From the NCBI GenBank assembly GCA_048013815.1, contig CM106586.1:10168001-10232000 (forward strand): DNA of 64,000 bases, given 5' to 3'. Below the pieces are notes generated by a model. It saw nothing but the letters and a program-made list of their open reading frames with translations, made no database searches and was not told where the DNA came from. Positions within the stretch are counted from its first letter, which is position 1. Every line of letters starts with the position of its first letter. Position numbers and translations under genes: made by a program. Positions 21,910-34,777 of the stretch are shown here, piece after piece. Origin of the DNA: Setoptus koraiensis. Taxonomy: Eukaryota; Animalia; Arthropoda.

Positions 21910-22964
21910 GATTGAAACATCTGCGTTGTTTCTTATTTATTATGGCTGTCCCCGGCTGGCTGGTTGGCTGGCTGACTGGCGTCTGTTAATACTATTAGTG
22001 CAGGAGTTGTGTTGTTTATATCTGCTTGCTTATGTGCCAATGTGTCTCTGCTGTTGATGTTGTTGTTGTTTCTCAGCTATCAACTGTATAAACATTTGTG
22101 CGTGTGTCAATTGTTTAGTGATGTTGGCTGGTTCTAACAACAACATGAGTACAACAGTGTGTGTCGTGTTGTTGTTGTTGTTTCTGATACAATAGGTCTG
22201 ATAAGGACGATGCTGCCGTTGTTGTCACAAGGGGGGATAAAGAGTGGAGAATGTAATAATAGTTGTAATAATTCATGTAATGTTAATAGTTTGGCAGTAG
22301 TAGCAGTTGTTGCTGCTGTTGATGTTGTCGTGTGAGTGGTGTTGGTGATAATAACAGGATTAGTCATTAATTGTAGTAGTAGAGGCAATTATTGTAGTGG
22401 TGCTGCTGCCGCTGCTGCTGCTGATAACAACAACAACAATAGTAATTTTCTCATCAGGGTTTCAGTTTAATCTTGATATTTGCTGGTCGGTATAGTCACC
22501 ATTGGGCGCTACGCATAGGCGTTCGTTTGTTTGTCCATACACATACGTACGAATGCAGTGTGCAACGCACAGATATATAATATACTGTATATATATATAT
22601 AAATGTATGTATATAAATGTTCTGTCTGTGGATATATATATATACGTGGATATATATATATTTACACAGACACATGTATATGTAACATGTCGTATCTATG
22701 TGTAAAAATAAACATGTAATCGGGCGATGCGGCGCTGCTGTTAGTGTGTAGTAGTTGCTGCTGTTGCGATGATGGTATTTCGATTTCAAGACCAACCACG
22801 ACGACGACGGGGCTGCGTCAGGAAAAAGAATTTTTATTCACTGCCAGCTCTTCTCTCTGTCTGACTGTGTGTGTGTCTGTGTGTCTGTCTCTCGGTGTCT
22901 CTCGCTCTGTCTCTCCGTTCGTCGTTGTCGCTTTCAATTTTTTGTCTAATCAACTCTAATAGCT

Positions 22965-23016
22965 CGTTCGTTCGTTCGTTCGTTCGTTCGTTCGTTCGTT
23001 CGCTCGCTCGCTCGCT
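22965..23016. repeat. Compound tetranucleotide microsatellite (CGTT)9(CGCT)4
   Basis: Read directly. Confidence 0.95.
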
Positions 23017-23339
23017 CCTTTTATCCCAAGCTCGCAAGCTGACTAAACGTCGTTTGTGCCTGTCGTCCGTCCGTCTGTCTGATGGAGTGATTTACTTTTC
23101 TGCTTGCACTCACGATGCGCTCACACCAATGAAGCTCGCTCGTTCGCTCACTCTGCTGGCGTGCTAACGGCAATGCCACCACCACCACCAGTCAACTCAG
23201 GCAAGGTGCTCCAAGACTGGCACACGCGCACAGCATTTATCATTGAATCTCGCAAATTTGAACCCCTACTCATCACTCCTCTAGACATTTGTCTCTCTGC
23301 CTGTGTGTTCGTGCGTATGTATTATTGTGACCGTCTGAC

Positions 23340-23415
23340 TGTGTGTGCGGGTGTGTGTGTGTGTGTTTGTGTGTGTGTGCGAGTGTGTGTGCGAGTGCGA
23401 GTGCGTGTGTATGTG

Positions 23416-23447
<32 letters not shown>

Positions 23448-23468
23448 AGTGCGTGTGTGTGTGTGTGT
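23340..23468. repeat. Imperfect (TG)n/(CG)n compound microsatellite
   Basis: Read directly; it is the source of the spurious CVCV/HTHT ORFs. Confidence 0.95.
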
Positions 23469-26400
23469 ATTTTCTGAGTGTCTGCACATGTGGGCGCTGT
23501 TATGGGTGCGCTATTACGCACACAAACAACGTGCGCTGGCAAGACCGTTGCAGCGCACACAAGTAGAGGACACGCGCACAGCGAGCCTCAGATTGGGGGG
23601 GGGGCGCACATCGCGTTTGTTGGGTCGCCGCGCAACGTGCACACTGCTTAGCACAGCCAGCAGTTTTTTTTGCAAAAATTGTATATCAAATGGCGCGCAC
23701 ACAGTGGTACAAAATATACATTTTTAGTGTCGGGCCCCGGACCAAACATCCATTCTATCAAAACGTCTCATACATGCACGCCGACGTTAGGCTAGACGCT
23801 AGGCTAAACGCAGATAGGCTGTATAGTCTTACGTCTGGGCCCGCGTCTAACCGTCTAGCATCGTATATATTGCATGGTGATGCGTATTACAACACGTACA
23901 CATGCCAACACAGACTGTGGCACTGGCGTGGGCGTGCGCGCCCGATAACAGGCCCCCAACAACGGCGAGCTTGCGCGCGTTATTCGCCTCTCTGTCCTTC
24001 GGCACCACTCTCGACCAAACCAACTGGCATGATGGGGCCCAGGCCAACAAACAACAAACGACAGACAACAAACAACTGACTGATAACGTTGCAGCGTCGC
24101 ACGATGTGATGGTGTCACAGACGCGCACTGGCCAGTATTGAATGGCCATACAACAGTGCAGTAGATAAATAAAAAACGTAACACCTTCTAGTGGCTTTTC
24201 ATTGTTCCTTCAATTTCGTTCCCTTTTATGTGTATGATTGATATTATTGTGTATCTATCGTGACCAGCGCCAACATGGGCGCTAAGTTTCCTGGTTGAAA
24301 GGACGCTCCGTGTTTATAAAGGTACCCACAAAGCGGTCTTGCGCGTGACAACCATAGTGTACATAAAGCCAGCCACTACACGCACGCACACACTCAAACG
24401 GCATCCAAAGATGCTGCGAAATGGCCAGCCAGATAATTTTGTTTTGTATTTTCGCTCTCTTCCTCCCTCACTCCTTGCGTAATATCACACTTCTGGCGCT
24501 GCCCTCAATGGCAGTGTTATGTTGCAGATAAAACAGCTTGTTTTGTTGTCCGATATAACTATTCAATATAACTATTCAATATATCCGGTGATGGTGTATC
24601 GTTGCCGCAGTCGCAGCCACGCTCGCCACTAACAATGTTGACCCTTGGCTAACTTCAGCACTCACTATCTAACTAAAGGTTAATGGCTATAACAATGCCT
24701 GGCGACACTCGATTGTGAGGTGCATTTGAAGCTTCAGATCAATATCATCATCATCATGATAATGTCATGTGATATCAGTGGAGCCGGTAGTAGCACTATT
24801 CTATCTGCTTGAATTGACGACTTAACGGGAATAAATGACTCGCGCATCCGCCGACACACAACCCAAAACATCACGAACAGCTGACATAAATTGGGAGCCT
24901 TTTTTTTCAGGCATCACTTGCTATTAATGGGAATTCTAATGAACAATGCGATCAATGCGATGCCAATAAAGCGCAACCGAGAAGCAGCAGAGCCAAATTG
25001 TATGTATTCTAGATAAACGGAGATGTCCTTGGAAATATTTGACCCCACTCATAATAACAACGTTGCCTGGTCCAGGTCATATCGCCTATCGCACGTACAA
25101 TTTAACAAGATGACGATGGTTGCGTCAATGGCGATTAGGGGCACCCGATATGAAAAGGCTTGCGCTGGAATATATTGTGAATGGCGGAGCTCTGATGTGA
25201 GACAGAAGCAAGCGAAAAGAATATTGAATTGAAAGTCGAAAGATAAAATAAGAAGCTACCACTGTAACTGTTCTTGCCTGTCAAGCAGCATTTATGTTTG
25301 AATAAATATCTGCATATCTCTATATCTGTTCATATATTATCAATGCACACTCACACATTATATATTATTTATGCATACATGTGTAGACTGAATAAAAGGC
25401 CAGATGTGTTGCTTGATTGGCGCAATCAAATATCAATTGTTCTCAACATATCCATGACTTTGCTTGTCAGATTCTATCGTAATATGCACGCGCCACCGGA
25501 CATTTCTTTTGCCGATCGCTTGCTTTTTCAGCACGATCAAATGCAAATGAGTTGTATTAGCTTGATACGACCGTTAACGGTACTTATAAAGTACGACTGT
25601 GGAGCAGTAGATTGTCGGCGACATCTTCACGGGTCTGTCGTGTGTTGCGCAATAAACACAACCGATTATGATATCAGAATCTTCTTTCTTGCGTGGCCTT
25701 ATGCATCCATGACACATCATCGGCAAATAGAGTTTTTTTGTTTCATTATTTTCAACACTTAATCAATAGCCCATTTGTCGAAGAGTCGACGGCAAATATA
25801 AGTGAGTCATATGATTTTAGCTGTTATTGCGAGAGCAAATAGAGAGAAATGGATATTTGTACAAAACAATTGATATTTGAGTGCGCCAATGAAGCACATT
25901 TGACATATTCAACGTACACTCGCACATGACACATTGAGTACATATAGGTTGCTTGCGTGCACCCCGCCGCCCCTTATTGGCACTTTTGAGGAGAAGGAGG
26001 AACTATGTCCTCATGCTCGAATAAATTTTCTCAATATACTGTGCATGCCTGTTAGTTTGTGACGGATATAAAGTTGCCGAGCTAGCCTAAATTTGTTGTA
26101 GCCGGTGGTGGCACTGGTTGTTATTGTTGGTATGATTAGTTCTTACTTGTTTAAGCCTGACAGACTGCTAGCTAAAGTTCGCCTAGCCTATGATTTCTGT
26201 ATAATGAGTGTATGTGTGCGTACCGTTTATTACAGCAATCAAGGTGATTCTTGTTCTTATGTACACACGCAAGCGCCAGAAGCGGCACGTAATTAAGCGG
26301 CTTGCGCATTCATTATCGGAAGCAGTGAAGGATTGATAGGGTGCTCGAAGACTGAGAAAGAAGGCAGCTAAGAGTTGTTTTTATTTCACGACGCCGATCT

Positions 26401-28716
26401 TCTCTCGCTCTCTGTCTCTCTAATGACGAATTTACACAACCCACGAGCTGGCGTGTGTGTGTGTGCGTGTTTGTGTGTGAGTGTGTGTGTGTCTCAACCT
26501 CCAGCAGTTACACGTACCTCACATCAAGCCACTAGTGTCTAGTGATGATCGTTTTAGCTGTAACCATGTTTAGTGATGATATTTGTGCGAGTCAGCATCA
26601 ATTTGAAGCTGCCACCAAAACAGCAGCAGCATATAAATTGAGAAAATAGGCAGAGGAATATTCTGGCTATTTTTTCCTCAGGGGCGCACTTACACTCTTG
26701 CTCTCGTGCGTCTTTGGGAATCAGATTCGTATCGTGCTAGTTTGTGCCTGCAAGGTGCACCGGTGTCTCGACGCTGCTGTCACTGGGTTCCAACGCTAAC
26801 CCCATTATGAGTGCTTAATTGGAACTGCAGCCTGGGCCTCTCATTTGCTCATGAGAGTCATGAGTCATGACACATGCTCCTCGTGAGGGTGCCTGAAAGA
26901 AGATGTGTATCACCATTGCTACTTATCTTACCTACTATCTAAGCTTATTCCATCCAGCTACTATCCAGCTACCAGCTAGTTTTAGTTACACAACTGAATG
27001 CGCCACGCTGGTGGTATTTCAAAAGTGCAACCAAGCTGATCTTTTGATTGCGTCGTTTCAATTCTGCATATAATTACTGCGTATGCTTAGTAATAACCTG
27101 TCTCTCTCCCTCTGTCGAATATTGGGCCAAAAATAAACCAGATATCAGCTAGGTAGCGCTAACTCAATGTTTTCGCTGCCAAACACACGCACACATAATT
27201 ATTGTAGGTAACATATGGAATTTGCTGATTATATATGATCAATGGTGTTTGTTTGTTTATCTTTCTGATTTCAACTTTTTGAAATATTGTCTTCTTTTAC
27301 TAGTTCGGTGTTAAGCTCGTGAACATTGAGAGCATGCTTGAAATTCATATGCATAACAGTAGTATCTCGCGCTGACAGTAATTCAAATGACAGTAATTTG
27401 AATGTTAGCCGGAACGGATCTGTACTACAATCATGTTCTATTCTGGTAATAATGTCAGCAGGCACACATACAAACACCTGGCGCATAGCAGATAAAAGTC
27501 TCTATTGTGCACACTGAAACAAAGGTACAGGTGTAAAGGGACAGGTAGGTGGTCGTCCAATATAGTCTACTCATATACATGTAGAGAGAATGTAGCAACA
27601 AAAACAAAATATTAATGTCATATCCCATGTAATGTATGATACAGAGTCATTACGAGACTTGCTAAAAGTTAGGCCATAAAAACGTCGACAGCATTTATAG
27701 ATATTTATAATAGTAGCCATGACAATGGCTGTTATTTTCGTGGTGATGACGTGCCCCTAACAAGCATCGCTCGATTCCCCCTAGGTGCTCCGTGAAACAG
27801 GGGTAACGAACAAAAAACAAAACTTTGAATAATAACAACAACTCAGAGCCTATTATTTGTAGATTTTATGTAACCTGTGAGATTGGTGAGCTGCTTGCAT
27901 GAGCTTGAGGCATAATAAACTGACGGTGAGAGCAAAACTATAGATACTGATGCCGCATTGATAGTTTTTAGATTATGGTGGGGTCCACATACCAATGTAA
28001 TGAATTTCCGTTGCGTACACGCGCCTAATTGGTTGAATGGTTTGAGGGCCTTATGAATAGCATACTCTCAATAGCTGCACATGTCTACATATTGTACTTT
28101 AGTCCCTATACACGATATACAGATAACAATTTAGAAAATCTCCGGTTTATAGATTACCAGAGGCAGCAAGTGAGTGTCATCGAGTTATAAGTGGAGGTGA
28201 CTGGTATATTATTTTGGTGCGTTTCGACACGGACATATATATGTAAATATATATATATATATATACATATATGTATCTTTCTCTTTCTGGCCCTTTTAAC
28301 ACTGGTTAAACCCATATATAGATGGCCGCTTATTTTTAATACCCGATGATAGTACTCATGACATGTTGGAATTTGCTGGTGTCAGGCCTGAGAAGATTGG
28401 TTAGCTGGTAAATGCGCCCTATAAGAAGAGTGAGCACATTATTACTAGTCTAGCCGTTGTGGATAGCTAGCTACTGTATTTTGCAGCTACCATTGCAAAT
28501 ACTGGCATGCAATACAATTGGCTGTATTACCACTGTCATTACTATCGTTGTCACAGTATACTACTAGACTCTCTGTGTGTCTAGTGCTGTTACCATTACA
28601 TTCGACTATCAATGCTATTTGACTAGTATTTCAATTCTTAATGTCAAAAGTTATATCTGTCTGTCTATCGGGCTGTTTCGCTTAGCTTGCTGCCTGATAT
28701 AGAGACATTTCCAGTA

Positions 28717-28741
28717 TGTGTGTGTGTGTGTGTGTGTGTGT
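28717..28741. repeat. (TG)n microsatellite
   Basis: Read directly. Confidence 0.95.
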
Positions 28742-29049
28742 TCGAGGAGGAGGAGGAGGGGGAGGGTTATTTTATTTTATTTCACTTCTTAATAGTTTAT
28801 GACAGTGGCCATCAACGGAGTTAAGGTTAAGTTTGATGTCTAGTTCTTCTAGTTATCGTGTGTTACCATGTTAAAAAGGCAGAGAAAGAAAGAGGGAACA
28901 CACAGCCCGAGAAGAGTCGCTCGCACACAAAGCTGTATATATAAATAATAGCACAACAACAAGGTAACCACTACCGAGCAACTAGGGCCCTGAACGAAAG
29001 CTCCAGTCACTCTTATCCGCACGCTAGCTGTAGCTCGATAGATCATCAC

Positions 29050-29081
29050 ATATATATATATATATATATATACGTATATAC

Positions 29082-29112
<31 letters not shown>
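29050..29112. repeat. Interrupted (TA)n microsatellite
   Basis: Read directly; two CG interruptions. Confidence 0.95.
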
Positions 29113-29114
<2 letters not shown>

Positions 29115-31136
29115 TATGTGTTTGTGCGCGGGTGCGAGTGTATCTCAGCTTTAAGTAGCTTGTTCAGTAGATATGCTGGATGGCATTTGGCGCATTTACC
29201 TGTGCGGTTGCTGTTGTGATCTAACAGCAGCTAACTAGACTGCTGGCTTGGTGGCTAGCTTTCGTGCACTCACCTCTGGGCTCAGCTTGGTTTGGCCCGC
29301 GCTCGTTAACATTTCGTCTATATGGTATCTTGGTAATGTGTGGAGATTAGGTGCGGGAAATCGGGCTTATTTGGAGATGCTCCTTTCAAATTGAACCGTT
29401 CTCGGCGTTATTTTGGCAAGGACAACGCCGACAACGGTTCAGACACGAGCATCAGGGGAGGGCCAGGCGAGGGGTTAGAGGAAACTTCACTCACACAACT
29501 AATTCCATTGTTCTTACCTTTGATTCTTTGCAGTTGGTTCAGTTGTTTCTCTCTCTCCCTCTCTGGTTCTCGCTCCCCCCGAATGTGACTGCGAGTGCGT
29601 GCATGTGCATGGATGTGTGTGTGTGTGTGTGTGTGCGAGCGGAGGGAGGACGAGGTCGCGGCTATGGGTCCCTAAGCACGCGCGCAAGCGCCCCTCTGTG
29701 TATCGCTCTGGTTGGTCGTATGTGATCTATGCTACCGCAATAATTTGGCCCCTCGTCGCTTGTTAGTGGCCTTGTGTCTCTAGTTAGCGCTGCGGTATTA
29801 ACAGTGAGCGCGATACCAATATCAGCGCCATTTGTAGCGGCGCTCCGGTGCTCAATGTGCTGAGGGAGAAGTTGTGCGTGTATAGCTGGCATCTACTGAT
29901 CGAGCAGCGGTCTTGCCAGCGTTAGCGTTCACTTGACGCCACGCTACTGCTGGTTTCAGTTGGTGTGTGTGTGTGTGTGTGTGTGTGCGTACATTTCTCA
30001 GCCAATTATAAAGCAAAGCCAGCTTACATTTGGCTGCCTGATGGGATATAAATTGAAGCAACTACCGCCATCTAGTCTGTGCGGCGTGTGTAGCCGCCGC
30101 TGGCTGGTGTCGCTGGCTATCGCGCGGGCTGCATTTGGGGCGCGCAAGTTGCGCTGGCTCCGTTTGAACAACGGGGCCCCCAAGGCTCGTTAGTGTCAAA
30201 GAAATAGAGAAAGAGGGAGAGTTTGTTTGAAATTTGCCACTGCTCGCGCCTGCGGTTCTCTCGCCGAGTCTAAATTAGCCAATCTAATCGATAAGACATT
30301 CCAAGCCCGTCACTGGCGCCCCTCCCTGGTGTGCGTGCGATCTGATTTGTTGTCCCAGGGCAACGGCACGGCTTGGCGCTGTTGTTAGCAAGGGGCCAAC
30401 AGCGAGCCTGCCAACTATTATCTTGTGGTGTCGATTGGCGCGCCCCGCGCCCCTAATGAGAGATGAGTTTGTGTTAATTTGTTGTTGGCTTGTTTTTTCG
30501 CTTACTTTGGCGGCGCTAATGGCGACGATATCTTCACTCGGGTGGCCGGCTCGCGCGACCGGCACGACAGCGCCAAATGGAGCCCATTTAACGCGGCCGA
30601 GCCTCCCGTCGTGTTGCAGTCCTTGCAATCCTTTGTTGCCCTCGTCGGCTTCGTCGCCTCGGTCGCCTCCGTTGCCTTCGTTGGCTGTGTTGGCCGTGGG
30701 GCCGCAACGGGCGCTTGTCGGGCGCGGCCAGATGTGGCAATGTGTTGCATAATTGCGAATCTTGCAAGTTGTCCTCGGCGGATAGTATCTGTTGATGTAT
30801 TAATTACGGCCGAAACAAAGCAGCGACAATAACGCCACAGCCAATACAAATAATAATACAAATAATAATAATAATAATAGCAATAATAATCATTGATTAT
30901 CATGGTAATCACGACGCGGACAGGCAAACAGTCGGTTTGCCGGCCGCTCACGGCGTGCCCGCGTAACACACACACACGAGGGGCAGGGAATATGTATAAT
31001 AATAATATAAGTAAACATTCGGCACGTTTGTTCGGCGGCCACGCTACATGCAGATATCGGGGGAAGGGGGGCAGGGGCGAGGGGGCGACTTGGCTTGCTC
31101 AATTTACAATCTGCGCTCGTATTTTCCCCTTCCATC

Positions 31137-31196
31137 ACACACACTCACACACTCACACACACACACGCACACACACACACACACACTCGCACACGC
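31137..31196. repeat. Imperfect (CA)n microsatellite
   Basis: Read directly. Confidence 0.9.
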
Positions 31197-32488
31197 TCGT
31201 GTTAGAACACACAAACACACGCACACGCACGCCGACGGGCGCAGAGCAAACGCACGCACGCATTCGCTAAGTGACTCGCTCGCTCCTCAGGCACGCACAC
31301 ACAGAGATCGCGTTTAAATTCAATCAATTCAACGAGGGGGGCTATGCAAATCGAGACCAACTTTTGTTAGCGCAAATCCAATTGCAAGTTAAACGCATTT
31401 TGGCAGCGGCGGGGGGACGACAGCGCCGGCCGCAACGAAAATCTGTTGTTCGTCGACGCAGTTTTGTTCCCCTCGTTCGCATTGTTCGACGACGTGTTTG
31501 GCGCCGCGGCCAACCAACGGACGACATTGTACAACAAGCCAAAAGTTATAACTCTTGATGCGCCGCGCCATACTCGCGCGCGCTGCCATCCACACTGCGG
31601 GCCGCGGCACAGGCATAGTTTATGCCATAATAAGCTGCACAGCGCGCAAGCTAATGTGATTATATGATGATTGTGTTATTGGTGTTTTACCAGCAACTGT
31701 GCCGCCGCCACTGCTAAAACCTACAGTTTCCCCCTCTGGCGCTCCACTCACCCTCGTGCGCCCCTCACCAGCCCGCTCCCCGAGTGATTCGCCGCGTTTT
31801 GGCGCCAAACTTCAAACTCATGTCGAGATTAGCTCGACAGCAACTCGAGTCGTCGAGATTATTTTGCCAAGATTGCACCAATCTCGCAAGGAGCTCGCTG
31901 GTGCGATATGGTCCGCGGGCACAAATAGAGTGTGTGTGTGTGTGTACCAGACGAATATTGGCCGGGCTATCATGCGGACAAAAGTCGGAAAGATCAACAA
32001 CATCTGCATTGTTCGCCCCTCGCGAGATGTTGTTTGCCCTTCTGGCGCGATGCTCAATTGGCTAGAGCGAGCTCAATAGAGGCCCCGGGCCTCATTCTCC
32101 CTCTCTCCTCGCTCCCTCTTGCGCTTTCTCGCTCTCTCTGTCTGTCCCTTAATCTGGGGGCCCGCCTTCGGAAGCCGACTGCTTGCAGGAAACGTTTTAA
32201 TGACTTTTCGGCCTTGAACATTTATTGCGCGCACGCTAGGCCGCCGAGTACGATGGCCGGAATATGATTTGATTTAATGATTCGGACGAAATATTCATGA
32301 CAATTCATGAATATTATTCATGATTGCCTCGGATGGCGTGGACCCCCTCGTTCGTTCACCAGTGAACCAGTGGATCATCGAAAATATGTATTCATTCGTG
32401 GACACGCGACTCGCCTCTTGGTCTGCGTGCGCTTGTTTAGCTGGCAACCGAACAGCAGCAACAACCAACGCTGTTACGGCAGCGACGA

Positions 32489-32580
32489 CGGCGACGTAAC
32501 AACAACAACAGCCACGGCGACGTAACAACAACAACAGCCACCACGACGTAACAACAGCGACCGCGACTATAACAACGCCA
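32489..32580. repeat. 26-bp tandem repeat (2 perfect copies of CGGCGACGTAACAACAACAACAGCCA plus 2 shorter degenerate copies)
   Basis: 32489-32514 is identical to 32515-32540. Confidence 0.9.
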
Positions 32581-34745
32581 GCGACAACTTTCTGACAAGT
32601 GGACTCGAAATCACGACAAGTGGTCTCGAGCACCAAAGTCAACGGGCGGCCAGAAGGATCAACTGAACTAATAAACATACATGCCGAACAGACATGATGC
32701 ATTCAATCATTTGTGGGGCTTTTCTAATGTAATGCCAGGTGGGCCTCATGTGTGTACCTTATGTGTGTTCGCAAAACTTGTAGCATGAACTTAACTCCCA
32801 TGACCGAGCAACAACAATCAGATCCAATCTTCTTACACACGCCGCTCACGAGACATGACTGTGACCAAAATTGGGCCTCACCTCACAAAAGTCGCAGACT
32901 GAGGGGAGGGGGGGGGCCGCATATTTTAGCTCGGTTTGGCAAGCTAAGCCTAACTAGCCAGAGAACACTGCGCTACACGTAACTGCATTACACGGTTATC
33001 ACCACTATAACAGAATCATTCGCTGGCTCAATAGGTTGCATGAGTAATGCTTGAGTTGCTTTGCTGTCTGAATTGGACAAGCAATTGGGGAATGCGAATT
33101 GAATGAACGAGAAGAAATAATTTGATTTGCCAATCTTACAATCAGCCGGTTAAGCCCCAGCTGAGCCGGCATTGAATCGCGCCGAGAATGAAATCGAATG
33201 AAACAGAGCCGATTCTATTCGTGCGGGCCCCAACCTCGATTCGTGCCAGGCTCACCGATGCCAGCCGATCGCCCAATGAGCTTGCCGGTGCCGTAGAAAC
33301 AGAATCAGAGCGGCTATATCACAACACGACAATGGCAATGATTGAATTGTTAGCGGCTATTTAAACTACTTATTCCCTGTGATTGCTATAGCAATCAATT
33401 GTGCACAAAAGATACACAGTCACGAGGCGGCACACATTAGCAACACTTTTGTCCACTAACACCCAACACGCTATAACGTTACGTATCGGAACCAATCTAA
33501 TCAATCTAATGACCTATGCACATTCGCGCACTGCTGTTGACAAGGGACCCCTTTGTGTGCTTGTGCGCGCTCTCGGCATTCATAAATGCATTCGAATTTG
33601 AGAAAGAAATCGCCCCATTGTATATTATTCATACGTATTTATGTTGCAGCCAGTGCATTGCCGGTAGCGGCAGTGTGCCCATTGTGCGCGGCCATTATTT
33701 CTTGCTAATGTTGTTGTCGGATTGGGAGAGAGAGAGAGAGGGAGGGAGAGGGCGCTTGCAATACTGATTTTAGATGCTTCATTTTCGCTCGACGCGCCTT
33801 CTTTGGGGCCCGGCAGTCCTCTGGCGTAAGCTGGGGTAAGCTCGCCCCAGAGAGCCTTTGTTTCAGCAAATCTAGCTGACTGGCTGGCTGGCTGGCTGGC
33901 TCGCTCGCTCGCTGCTAACTCTGGCACTGGTGTTGATTCTTTGCTGCAATGACAAAGCCACCACGACTAATACCCGTTGCATCATTGCATCATAATTGCA
34001 CGCTGCACTGCAGCATTAACAGTGATGATGATGATGTATCAATTGTGTGCGTGTGTGTGTTATTAGATAGATATTTGTTTTAGCGAGATACACTTATTTG
34101 GCAATAACGATAGCCCCCGCACTGGCAAGCGGCACGTTTATAGTTGCCGCTTGTTGTTGTTGTCCCTTATTTCATTTGCCTGGCGCAAACCTTATCTTAT
34201 TCTCTTGGACTCTCTGGCACAAGCTAGCAGTTTCAAGTTTTGACATTCGAGTTCCTAGAACCGAAACCCCAAAGCCATGACGTAAGAGACTTTCAATGTG
34301 TGTGTGTGTGTGTGCGTGTGCGTGGATATATGGACAATCAAGACCAAAGCATGGCATCATCCTAATAGAGTAGACATGCTCTATTCTCATGTTGGCTTCA
34401 TTCTATTAAGATAAATCCTTTTAGTCGGCCCCCTTTTCGCGCCCTACCACCGGCGCTTCATTACTGTCGCTCAGTGTTCATCTGTCCCACTCTCTATCTG
34501 GTCTGTCTATCTGTCCCCGGCCCACGCAACAACTGTGCACCCCAATACTGCAAACACATATATATTTGCAAGCGTATATATGAGGGGACACAAATATAGG
34601 GATGTATATATCCTTATATTTGTGTGGGCCCGTGCTGCGAAAGTATGGATGAGAAGGCAAGGCCAGAAAAACTGTGGACGGCAGCGAAGGAGTGAGATGG
34701 CAGACTTCGTCACACTAGGCGAGCTAGCAGATATATATTATATCG

Positions 34746-34777
<32 letters not shown>

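Noticed and set aside
30456-30752. ATG ORF with a signal-peptide-like start (MRDEFVLICCWLVFSLTLAA...)
   Set aside because: Several frames on both strands are open here owing to GC content; no convincing donor or downstream exon was found.
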